Shown: positions 29,357 to 40,374 of the stretch, piece by piece
Numbering within the stretch: the first letter of the stretch is position 1
Layout of the letters: the number at the start of each line of letters is the position of its first letter
Notes under the pieces: generated by a model
The model's input: the letters and a program-made list of their open reading frames with translations, nothing else
Databases searched by the model: none
What the model was told of the DNA's origin: nothing
Program-made: the position numbers and the translations under genes
Assembly (NCBI GenBank): GCA_030141605.1
Contig: JAQGDQ010000028.1
Span: 310,001 to 374,000, forward strand
Length of the DNA: 64,000 bases
Direction of reading: 5' to 3'
DNA from: Tubiluchus corallicola
Lineage: Eukaryota > Animalia > Priapulida

Positions 29357-29586
29357 TGATTTGTCATGTCTTAGCAGTAACAAATGTAGATGATGATAAT
29401 GCACATCTGTGTAGATACGTGTGAGTTATAATGTGCAGAATAAGAAGAACTATGCGGTTTCGTTCATTGCACAAAAAGCCTCAGATTTGTCATGTCTTAG
29501 CAGCAATAAACGTAGATGATAATGTGTGTGCATTTTAATGTGCAGAGTAAGAATTGTGTACTTTCGTGCGTTGCACAAAACGCCTC
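29357..29586. repeat. Two-copy tandem duplication (~127 bp and ~103 bp)
   Basis: gatttgtcatgtcttagcag at ~29358 and ~29484; both copies end in tgcacaaaa(a/c)gcctc. Confidence 0.85.
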
Positions 29587-30009
29587 TTCCAACAATAACA
29601 AAAAAATCTCAACAAAATTAAGCTCTATGTTTTTCAATAAACGGAGCTTTTGTTGACGGAGAGAAGACTTTCATGTGCGGAAATTATCAGCTGAAGCTAG
29701 CAGAGCTTCAAAGTGGCTTCTTGTTAACGGTAAAGGTGAAAACTCTTCAAACGAATTGAGAAAATGCGCTTTTCATGGCGAGAAAAATGGCTATGGTTTA
29801 CAATTGACAACTGACAAACAACGCAAACTAGTAATTTAGCTAATTAAGTGAAACAATAAACGGCAGTTCTCGGGTCAGGAATGTCAATTACATTGCATTG
29901 AATTATTGGAGTTTCTACTTCATTGTGCAACCTGTTGTGAAATGGTACGGTATTTTGCGAAATTTTTATTTTAAAATAATTACGTGAATGAACCCGTTAT
30001 TTTTTGCTG

Positions 30010-30340
30010 ACTTCCTCCTCACCTTTTGTTCCTCTTTCCTTCTCTTTCTGCCTTCATCTTTCTTCTATCCCTCTTCTTTGCACTCTTCCTCATCCTCTCC
30101 CTCTTTATTGCCATCATTGTTGCCTTTGCTGTTGTCGTCGTTGTGGTTGTTGTTGTTGTCGTCGTCGTGGTTGTTGTTGTTGTCGTCGTCGTCATCATCA
30201 TCATCATCATCGTCGCCTTATTTTTATTATTATTCGTCTTCCCCCTTTTCTCCCTTTCCTCTCTTCTTCTGTTTTTCTCTTCCTCATTTGTGAGGCAATC
30301 CTCGTGCCTTGTACTATCACCTTCCATTCCTTCTTTTCTA
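30010..30340. repeat. Compound microsatellite (GTT/GTC/ATC)n within a pyrimidine-rich tract
   Basis: gttgttgtcgtcgttgtgg... then (catcat)n at ~30130-30213; source of the poly-V/T/S/C ORFs. Confidence 0.9.
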
Positions 30341-31004
30341 GTGACAGCAAGAATTTATTACCCTCCAAGATTTCTCTTTCCGTAGAAAAGAGTTTTTATG
30401 GGGAACCGGCAGTGATAGTAACATATCAGTCCAACTAACATTTAAAATAATTTTGAAGTACATGTAATTCCAAAATGCATGCTGCAGTTTCAGTATTTCT
30501 TTCTTTGTAACTTTATTTGATGCAATAACGTGTGTACTAAAAACAAACTTTAACCTGTGGCTATAACAGCCCAATTGAAAAAGTCTAGTCAAATCCTATG
30601 TAAATTGATCTAGTCTCATCTAATCTAATGTCTATGAATCCTATGGAATCTAGTTTTATACTTTATTAAATAAACTCATTTTCCGATATTAACAAGGAAA
30701 CGTTCTTATTAATACCAGCATAACGTGAGCCCAAAACGCAGCTGAGACCTGAGCCTATTTTAATCACAATTATAACATATACGCTTAACTAACAGCGCTG
30801 TAAACAGTGGCTTATGGTAGAATATTCTCTATAGCTCATTCCTTTGTAATTACCGCTCTGTTTATTATACATCGTGTACCGAACAAGAAATCATTATACA
30901 AAACTCATTATGGTTATGGATACTGTTTACATCCAGTTAGATTTGCAGTGCCTTTAGTCAGTTTCCTAATGCTGTGCATTAATGCTTGTATAACCTCTTA
31001 TTTG

Positions 31005-31630
31005 GTCACATGCATCCGTCCTCAACGAGAGAAGTAGTTGTGGGAAGCATGGCAGGTGAAAAAACTAGGATTGAATTAACACTCGTTTTGATCATGTGTC
31101 TCCGCCCTAAGTGGAGAAATAGTTGTGGGCTGTATGACATGTGAAAAAGTAGGGTTGCCTTAAGACTTGCTTTGATCACGTGCGTCCGCCCTCAGCGAGA
31201 GAAATTACCCTGGGCAGCATGAAAGATGAAAAATAGGGCTGAATTAAGACTATCTTTGATCATGTGCGTCAGCCCTCAGTGAGAGAAATTACCCTGGGCA
31301 GTAAGAAAGATGAAAAATAGGGCTGAATTAAGATTTGCTTTGATCATGTGGGTCCGCCTTCGGCGAGAGAAACTTCCCTGGGCAGTATGAAAGATAAAAA
31401 AATAGGGTTGAATTAACACTTACCTTTTGGCACTGCATTGGCCCTCAGCGAGAGAAAAAATCCTGAGCAGTATGAAAGATGAAAAAGTAGGGTTGTATTA
31501 AGACTTGCTTTGATCACATGCGTCCACCCTCAGCGAGAAAGATAATTCTGGGAGTGTGAATAAAAAACTAGGGCTGAATTAAGACTTGCTTTGATCTCCT
31601 GCGTTCGCCCTCAGCGCAAGAAATTATCGT
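31005..31630. repeat. Tandem array, ~84-bp unit, about 7.5 diverged copies
   Basis: Anchor tttgatc at ~31088, 31171, 31255, 31339, (31426 variant), 31509, 31590. Unit roughly catgtgcgtccgccctcagcgagagaaattaccctgggcagtatgaaagatgaaaaatagggctgaattaagacttgctttgat. Confidence 0.92.
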
Positions 31631-32157
31631 GAGTAGATGACACCGCTAGAAGCCGGTTTCATCCGCGAAACAACTGAGTAGACTTGGTATTGCCTACTTC
31701 TGTCACTAAGGGTTTACCGTAAACATATATGATTTCAATAATTGCGTTTTTGTTCGACCATTTGAACAACTTTCAATATCTTCAACTTTAAAACTTTTGC
31801 CAGTTTTTCCTTTGTTGCTGACTTGCGTTTCAGAACCACCGTTCTCTTACAAGACAATCATAAAGTTTGGAAAATATTAATAAGCAACTCTTTACCAAAT
31901 AAACAAGATATTAACAGTTAAGTCATCTGCCACTAATCAGGTAATCTGACTTTCTACAGCTACAAATCCATCATCATCACTTGCCCTTCAGACCTTTGAC
32001 TCTTGTTTCAGCAAATGCGTATTGAGCAAAAAGCATCCACTTAATTCAGTTTGCACATAGTTAAAATTTTCTATCGTTTTACTTTTAAGCACTTATTACA
32101 TGCTTCTGGAACGTATGAGTACTAGATTGTGTGGAATTTTTTACGCACTTCGGGACG

Positions 32158-32440
32158 CTGCAAGCTAGAATCCACCTGATAAAGGCAAGACCTGTACAAC
32201 CAGATGTTTGTGGCGTGACTGGAGCTTGGTTCACTATCAAGGATAACCCCCTAAGATGAGCTGCTGAACCAGCATAATTTCAGCCAGAATGAGATGCATA
32301 TACATGCACCCGCTACCATGTAAACAGCTAAGGTGCACAAATGATACACCTAGAGCGAGTATCGAACCTAGGTGCACACCTTTCACATAAAGTGCGTTTA
32401 TGCACTCGGCAGGTAATCGATAAATCATGGCAGTCAATGA
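32158..32440 (-). mobile_element. SINE-like dispersed repeat, copy 1
   Basis: Shares ctgcaagctagaatc..aaagg..tatcaa..ccc.ctaag and ggtgcaca with 54789-55050; minus-strand B-box-like GGTTCGATAC at ~32359-32368. Confidence 0.5.
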
Positions 32441-34829
32441 GTGGATGGGTCATCACCAGTTTCATAATACATGTACCCTCAAAATTCCATCATTCGTCAT
32501 ATTGCTTCTGGTCGCTTACCTCGTAAAAGGATGATGTATTGAACGTATCTGAGAGGTCCTCTCTTAAAGTTAGTCTGCATAATGACACAGATTTCGCTCT
32601 CGTTACAATCGTCAACATTAACTACACCCTACTAATTAGTGTTGGATTTCAGTTTGCAGAATACCAAATAGTCTAAAAAAGAAAAAAATGTTCGTGGTCT
32701 CACAGACTCGCACATTTCGCGTGCGTGTATACATGAGAATAGTTTCCATGAATGCTGTCGCCACATGCAAATCAATATGCGCTTAATTAAATGATTATAG
32801 AGGTAGGCTATAGACGTTCCTTTAAGGTTTTTGATTAAGGAAAACACGCATCCAATTAACCATTATAAAAACAGGTACAAAGTTGAGTTACAACGTTGAT
32901 GCGTACACAAGATTTTATTTTCTTGATATTTTACCTTGTGCCTCATGTAAACACGCAGATTAAATTACATCGCGTTCCTGTAGTTTGAAGTGGGTGAACA
33001 GACGGCCTGGGAAATTAAACTGCAAGAAGTTTGAAAAGTCATTTGATATTTTCTGCTCAAAATTGGTGTCCATTATCGCTAAATCTTACAGATCCTTAAC
33101 TTTCGCCTTCACCAAAACATGTGTTCACACCTAGCACCTATCATCTTCCACTGGTTCACACACAACGTGGAAGTAACAGTAATATGTGTGAACTTCGTCA
33201 ACTTACCTGAGTCAAAATGCACACTACCTTCAATTTCTTGAATGTAGCGAAGTTTCAAGAACTAGCATAAAAGAAATTGTAAAAAACGTGGCGTATGAAC
33301 AAAAAGCAGTTCATCTTCAAAGAGAAGATGCTAGGACGTAGTCTATTCTAGAAACACTTAAATCAGGAAAGCAACTATTAGAATTTAATGTTTTAATAGG
33401 TAAAATCAATCCGTTATATTATTCATTTTTCCCATTTACTCACAGTCCAACTTTTAGGACTTTATAATTATACCACCGTTTGTACTAATATGGTGGCCCA
33501 TGTACTGTATAGATCTCGAGTTGCCGATGTCTGTAAATTGTCATTCTGTAGAATTTCCCATGTAATAACTACTGATTGCTTTCTGCACACGACTGAAACA
33601 AATTTACTTCCCAAAGACACACCACTGGACAAAATTAATCCATTCTGCATAAACGAAGGCAGCCCAAAGAAAGTGGGTGAAACTTTTGTTACTTATTAGT
33701 AGAATAATCATTCGTGCATGCTATTAGAAGCTACGTGAGTTCTGCGACAACTGGTATTCTTAATTAGTCTAATAATCTCTCTTACGATACACGCTGCTGT
33801 ATATAGCATCTGTCGTTCTATGCTTCACTGCTTTATCATCAAAACCTGGCCAGTTTTATATAAAACGCTTCCATGGGCTTCTCAGAATAATTATAAGCAG
33901 TGCGTTTTCTTAATTGCCGTGGGTCATCATTAGTCAACACAGTACGCGTATTGATCTAACTCAGTTTATATGAACAAGTTTGCAGTCACAGCTGGGTTAA
34001 ATAAGTAGTTACTACAGACTCAAATTGATGTGACTATCCATAAAATCGTGATAATAGCATAAAATACCTTATTGATTAAGCTGCTGTAGTTAAAATTGTA
34101 AGAGTAAACAGTGATATAATACAGCAATATATGTGCTTCGTATTTATCTTATCTATTCTGATTTACGCGTGATTTATACAGTACTTGTCCGGCGCATTTA
34201 CATTGATCACAGTAGGTTTCTTTAGATAGACGGATTCCTGATATTTTATTTTAATAAAACCCAATTGAAGAGAGGTTAACAATTTATTTTCTAATATTGT
34301 GTTAGTATAATAGTTGTTATTTGGGGGTTTTGTAATACAGTTTAAAATAATGGATGTAATGTTTGAACCGCGCTGTCAAATTTGGACTAACCTATACGTA
34401 ATGTGCCGATAGCTCAGCAAAAATATGTAACACTGGAAAACTGTAATTGAAACTTGTCTAGCTTGCCTTAGACTGATTTACTTATTTTATCTGGCTGATG
34501 CTACACAACGAACATTTGAAATGTTTTTAGACCTAATACTTCCTTTTGCCTGGCCTTTTGTTATATTTGGAAACTCCCTCTCTCTCTAGGAGTTATTACT
34601 CTTTCGTACATTGAAAAACGTTTGGGGATTACGTTTACCTGACTGACACTTTTCTGTTACATAAAAGCCTTGTAATTTTCAAAAGCCAAACCGAAATTTC
34701 GCTAATTCAGCTTATTCGAAAGCCGTGTGTGTCTTTCAAAAACTCTGCGTGTCTTGTTTCCATGTTATTGATTCTTGTTTTTCAACAAAATGTTGAATGT
34801 GCCATATAGCGAAAATTACGCTATATGAA

Positions 34830-35530
34830 AAAACGAGATGAGCGAAACGGTAGAAAGTGATACAGAAATTCCAGAAACGAGAACTAGAAATGAAGAAACG
34901 AAATAATAATGAAATAAAAGAAAGAAAAGACGAGATGAAAAGAAGAACGAGAATGGTAGACGGACATATATTGAGAGAAGATGGAATGAAAAAAAATGGT
35001 ATGAAGGCAAAACAAATGCGAAAATGAGTGACTACAACTGTAACCTAAGAGTGGATGGCGCCGTGGAAAGGGCAAAACAAGATGAGAAAATTATGAGGAA
35101 AAAATAAATGAATAGAGATGATTGTCCTAATTGAGCAGAATTAGAAAATAGCAGTGCAAAAGGAAATGAAAGAAGAAAGGGTGCTCGTGTGTAATAGGAG
35201 GAAGATGGCAAGGCAAAATGAATGAAAGCGACTGAATGGAACAAACGTGGGGAAGTCAGAATTCAGTGAAAACAAGAACAAGAACAAAAAATGGCACAAG
35301 ACGAAGTAAAAAATATAAAGGAAAGTGAAGAAAGGGACAGAAGAAAAACGCTGGAAGCTGGTGAAAATGATGCTATGAATGGATGAGATATGTGGAAAGA
35401 ATGAGCGGCCTAGGCAAAATAAAGAAAGAGATGAAAAAGATGAAATAAAGCAAAAGAGGGGAGGCAATAAAGTGTTGAGTGCATAGGAAGTACTACGGGA
35501 AAAGAAAGGAGAGATAAAGGTAAAGATTAA
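34830..35530. repeat. Purine-rich (GA-rich) low-complexity tract
   Basis: About 700 bp strongly A/G-biased on the + strand; produces Phe/Ser-rich minus-strand pseudo-ORFs. Confidence 0.75.
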
Positions 35531-35550
35531 GGGGGAAGGTAGAGCTTTTT

Positions 35551-35551
35551 G

Positions 35552-35611
<60 letters not shown>

Positions 35612-35652
35612 TCTCTCTCCCTCCCTCCCTCCCTCCCTCTCTCTCTCTCTCT
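35551..35652. repeat. (CT)n microsatellite with CCCT interruptions
   Basis: Directly visible. Confidence 0.95.
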
Positions 35653-35741
35653 CGAAGCGAAGCGAAGTTTGCTGTTATTTTATTAGTCCATATAATTCTC
35701 ATAAAGGCAGCGTGCATCAGGAAATTATTGTCTCGTCTCAG

Positions 35742-35813
35742 GTTTATTGTTCACCTGAGGCGCTCTCCACAGCGGTTAGATATCGAAATCATAAAACCCG
35801 GATGCAGTATTGG
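35742..35813 (+). CDS. Candidate upstream exon of the WS/DGAT-like gene (may supply start MQYW, ATG 35802)
   Basis: Acceptor ttgtctcgtctcag, 72-nt open phase-0 frame (VYCSPEALSTAVRYRNHKTRMQYW), strong donor TGG|gtaagt at 35814; in phase with exon 38945. No homology support. Confidence 0.4.
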
Positions 35814-36304
35814 GTAAGTAAAGCAAGTAGTTCCCCCTGACGCTAATTATCCCTACAGGTGAAATAGTTTATAGTAATGTGATAGAAGAGAAAGTACAGT
35901 TTAATCGAGAAGTAGAAAAGTTCCTTGTTTAAAGCTAAATTAAACATTGTCTAATAGGTCCATGCGCTTTAATATGATTTCCCTTATCACGTGCGAATAG
36001 GGCAGATAAGGTGTAGGGTATGTAAAGTTCTCTGTCAATAGTTTGGAGACTTTTTAATTTAGGCGAGAAAATATATAAAATGCAGCAGTTCCTACGCAAA
36101 TTATCTTTTCTTTTGATTTAACTTTATGTGCTAAAAGCGAGGTTTTGTAATACATTGAAATTGCTCATTTGCATGATGAGAACGAAAGTTATGCAAGAAA
36201 CCCGTAGCTGAAGGTAAGATTATCTTTCAGAATCAGGCAGAAGTAGCAAAGGTAGGTTTATTAGTTCTTCAGTGAGCGTTTTAGCAAACGTATGGCCATT
36301 ATTC

Positions 36305-36600
36305 AATTTCTTTTTCTCTTCTCGTGTGTTACTCTTTCCTCTTCTGTCCTCTTCTCTTCTCTTCTTTCTTCTCCTCTCCTTTCTTTTTCACTCCCCTCAG
36401 CTAACCTCCTCTCCCCCTCCCTTCCACATCCCATCCCTCCCCTCTTCTTTTCTTTCCTCTTGCCTTGATTTGTCTTGCCTTTCATTCCCTTCTCTGTCCT
36501 GTCTTTCACTTCTCGTCTCTTCTCTGCTTTCAGTCATATTTTCATTTTTTTCAGTTAAATATTCTTTTTTCTTGTCTTCTAATTTTCCTCTCACTATTTT
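36305..36600. repeat. Pyrimidine-rich (CT-rich) low-complexity tract
   Basis: Almost pure C/T; source of the Lys/Glu/Arg-rich minus-strand pseudo-ORFs. Confidence 0.8.
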
Positions 36601-37974
36601 GTACTAACCATAACTGTTGACCTATGATTGCCTGTATTCCACCTTTCAAATTTCCCGTCAAGCTATGCTTCAGGGTGATTTGTCACACAACACATTGTTG
36701 TAATTTTCTTTACATTAAATACACTGCTAAATTGTAATTAAATAATTGTTAAATTGTAAATTTACATTATTTTATGTTGTTACATTGACTCTGTTATGTG
36801 AAATAAACGAATCTTCATTTCTTAAACATTTTCATCGCTCAGATTTGTTTAATCGAGTGTTAATAGTGCGTGTTGAGTAAATGTGGTTCTCGCCTACTCG
36901 GCCTACAATCATTGCTCCATCCAGAAGAATGAATAAACCCGTTGAGCTGAACGAACAGGACTATGATTAAATCATACGCAATATGATTGGCCTTGTATTC
37001 AATTGAGCGTTAAACGCAGCATGTCAGCCGCGCTTGAACGCCCCTGTCTTGTGAGATTCGTGTAATTACGAATGTACGTTTGTCAATACCGTGTTGGCAA
37101 TATTCAGTGAAGAACAAGTGGACGTAAAATGAGTGGAAGGGTAGGCAATGCTGTGAATATGAAAGAAGATACAGAAGAAGAGAGAAGCAGAAGATGTATT
37201 TGAAGACAAAAGAAGTAGGCTAACAAGCCGGCAGGTGAAAATAAAAACAATATAGTTGCAATAGTTCGGCTTCACGGGCAAGAAAGAATGAGTTGCTGAT
37301 TATGGCGATGACGGTAATGGTGGCAAGTGTGGTGCGTCACTCCAGCGGTGACGGCTGTGGAAACTGTAGTGGCGCGTGTAAACTCAGCTTTCTCAAAAGG
37401 CTTTCTCTCTACTCATGTCTTTGCTTACAACAGCACTACTTTAATTATCTAGCATGCTTTCAAAGGATAATTATTATTCTTAACATGGCCATTGTTATAA
37501 GCTTCTTTCCTTTAGATAATCTGCCTTCATCTTAATGATGACTTCCTCAAATACGGTAAAGCAGATTACTTGCACAAAAGATTACTTTCAGTATTCATTG
37601 TGCAACCCTAATTTTTGAACCTGTACACCTATTGAGAGCTTTATGCTATTACTAACGTTCGCAGACTACTACTGTTTGTGCTTAGCACGATGAAAGAAAT
37701 TACATTTAGCGTGCAGCTTTTAAATGGCTAGCATTTGTAGACTACTTCTATACTCTTTCGTTACACAATTTCGTTAGCATATTTAAAAGGTCTGCTTCGG
37801 CAGAACATTGCTACTACTACTATTTTTCTTGGTACGATGAGATAAATTACACTTATCAATTAAAAGTATTCTAGACTTTTAAAAATTTAGCATTCGTAGA
37901 ATATCATAATTCTCTTTCTTAGCACGATGAGCTGCTTTGCATTAGCATGTAACTTTCAGAAAACTAGCGTTAGC

Positions 37975-38138
37975 CATTTACGGATACTTGTGCCACAAAC
38001 ATTTCACCTCTGGACGGGCACTTGGGCCTCGAAATATTTAGGGCCCAAACATTCGAGCCTCTTCAGTAATTGGGTCCCAAATGTCAGGGCTCAGGTATCT
38101 GGGCTCAATTTAATCTGGGGCCCAAGTCTCCTAGATTC
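37975..38138. repeat. GGGCCCAA-motif repeat cluster (probable subterminal repeats of a DNA transposon)
   Basis: ttgggcctc, agggcccaaa, gggtcccaaa, agggctcag, gggctcaa, ggggcccaag in succession; the same motif recurs at 54255-54345. Confidence 0.5.
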
Positions 38139-38944
38139 TAGAATCGCGTTAGCAGAATATTACGCTACTGCCACTCTTTCGTTACACTATAAAATGAATT
38201 ACTTTCACATTTATAATAACTGTTGAAATTTGGCATACATATTAACGTTACTGTAAAACTGACAGAAGGACACTTGTGTTGATGACAGCTGACTTTATAC
38301 AGGCCGACCGATCAATCTGCGTTATACCTACAGCATTGTGTCAAGATTGACATTTCCATCGATTATTTGCCACATTTTTCTGATAAATGAGGTCTAAATA
38401 TCAGCAATAGTAGTTCCATTACTTTACTAATAATTGTCCTTGGAAACAAACAGAACCATGTGATGCAGGATGTAATTTGATAAACACATTACATGTCTGC
38501 CCTAATTACTCCTGGTGGCAGTTTACAAGCAAGTGCTAATGCTAAATTGCTCATGTAACTTGATGTAACTTGAGATGCATTTAAAAGCGCGTTGAACCCA
38601 TCTTGAATTTTGATTGCCTAACTCTTGCTGCTCGATTCTTGTAGGACATAGATCCCATCCGTAAATCAACTGACTGCTTCAAAGCTGACTCTGAGTGTTC
38701 TTATTTCCGATTGCTCAATCCACAATAAGCATGAATGACTGGACACTCCAGTGTCTCTAAAACCTTTTCCTTGCTCGTTTAATGACTTTAAATGGTGAAA
38801 CATCCGCAAAAAGTACTTAAGATGTATGGAAGCACAAATTTCAACCAATCTCAGTTGGGTTTCCCCTCTCTTAAGCAGTCAAACCACGTTCCTCAGAAAA
38901 GCACTGGACAAGAATTAGTGGTTATCTGATTCTTTTTTCTTCAG

Positions 38945-39076
38945 GTGCAGAATGGGTTAGTCGGCGGGAAGGTACATCCCATGGAAACGCAAAGCGTCCA
39001 TGAAGAAAAACAACAGAGCAGAAATTCTAACTGTGCCAATGATGAGGTTCCTTGTGGAAGCAGAGGCAAAAGAGAG
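38945..39076 (+). CDS. Probable coding exon of the WS/DGAT-like gene (N-terminal hydrophilic region)
   Basis: Strong acceptor tcttttttcttcag, 132-nt open phase-0 frame VQNGLVGGKVHPMETQSVHEEKQQSRNSNCANDEVPCGSRGKRE, donor GAG|gtaaac; joins in frame to exon 40375. Confidence 0.65.
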
Positions 39077-40374
39077 GTAAACAGAAAGGGTTAAATGCAT
39101 ATGCATCGCCCCAAAACTGGTTGCACTGATGATTCGTGAGTGCAAGAGCCGGCTATTTTTGTTCGAAGTTTATTCCATAATGCACATACATTAGGAAGGA
39201 TGAATTTCAGATCGTTTTAAGAATTGTACTGAAATTTATTCAGTGGAATATGTATGGCCACATTTTTTTGTAAAATTATCTACAAAATCTTTGCAGTTGA
39301 TGACATTTTGCATTGTTTGTGTCATTTTCGCAATCGCTTTCTTATGTAAACCACTGGACTATTGTTTAAATCTTTGTGGTGGGATTAGTACCTCATATCT
39401 GTATTAGGACTGCTAAGAAACCCAATAAATGAAACAGGGATAGCAGCATTCCCAGAATGCATTGGGAAGTTTTCACACAAATGCATCCTTTCCTCAGTAC
39501 TTGCAAACATTTGTCATTCAGTAGATTTTGAATCCATATGTCAGCTAAATTCAATTGTCGTAGCTTAACTTTGAAAATTGGATTGCAAAAAGCTGTACTG
39601 TGTGCAATTTCATGTGGTAAATGCTACAGGAATAAATGGACTTACTGATATAGTTGAATGACGGAGTCTAACACTTGATACCTAGACATAGTGATATCGT
39701 CAGTGAGGGAGACTTAAAACAGACAGCTTTACTCGCTCAGAGCTATGTTCAGTGTCAAGTCTTGTTGTCAGTATTTGTGGTATTGCAAGAACCATGGCCA
39801 AGTAAAGAACGTATGAAAGTGAAAATATGCTCAGTGTACAGATTTAGGTTCCAGTGGGTTCTTGAAGTATATTTTATATTACATGATCTTGTACCATGCA
39901 TTGTACAAAAGGAGCGTCATGGCTAATTAGTGATAACTAATGCTGACATTATATCAACATCCACTTACGCAAGGTAAAAAAACAGGATAAGCCACATTAG
40001 ACAACATTGGTTCGTTAGACAATTCGTAAATGTATAGCGTGTTTTTCGAAATATGTCAAACTGTCGAAAAAGTAGAATAGCTAACGCCACCTATCTTGCT
40101 TTTTCGGTTAACATTTTTAATTGTGGTAAATGTAATTGCACTTTATTAATGAACTTGACAAATAGAATAGTAGAGGATTGTCTGTTGCCAGCAATTTTCA
40201 AGCCAGAAATGTTAAAATTCACTTCCAGAAACTAAACAAATTGAATGACTAGTTATCCGTTCTATGTTTAACATTTTAAGTCATGATAGTACTGTAATTT
40301 GCACTTGTGAAGTAGTTTTAGTAACTTTTTGTTTTAGAAATTATATTTTGTTTTTATACATCCTTGGTTTTTAG

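Noticed and set aside
29988-30438. Cys/His-rich, poly-Val, poly-Thr and poly-Ser ORFs
   Set aside because: Translations of a trinucleotide microsatellite that is open in several frames on both strands.
31005-31630. CRISPR-like array
   Set aside because: Whole units are homologous with no unique spacers, the context is eukaryotic and no cas genes are present.
31005-31630. Tandem HDV-like ribozymes (gtcctca / ctgggcagca motifs)
   Set aside because: Could not build the P1/P2/P3/P1.1 nested pseudoknot by eye.
32955-33015. Second 5S-like fragment (gacggcctgggaa)
   Set aside because: Match too short and diverged to support.
34816-36607. Phe/Ser-rich and Glu/Arg-rich ORFs
   Set aside because: Products of GA/CT low-complexity tracts.
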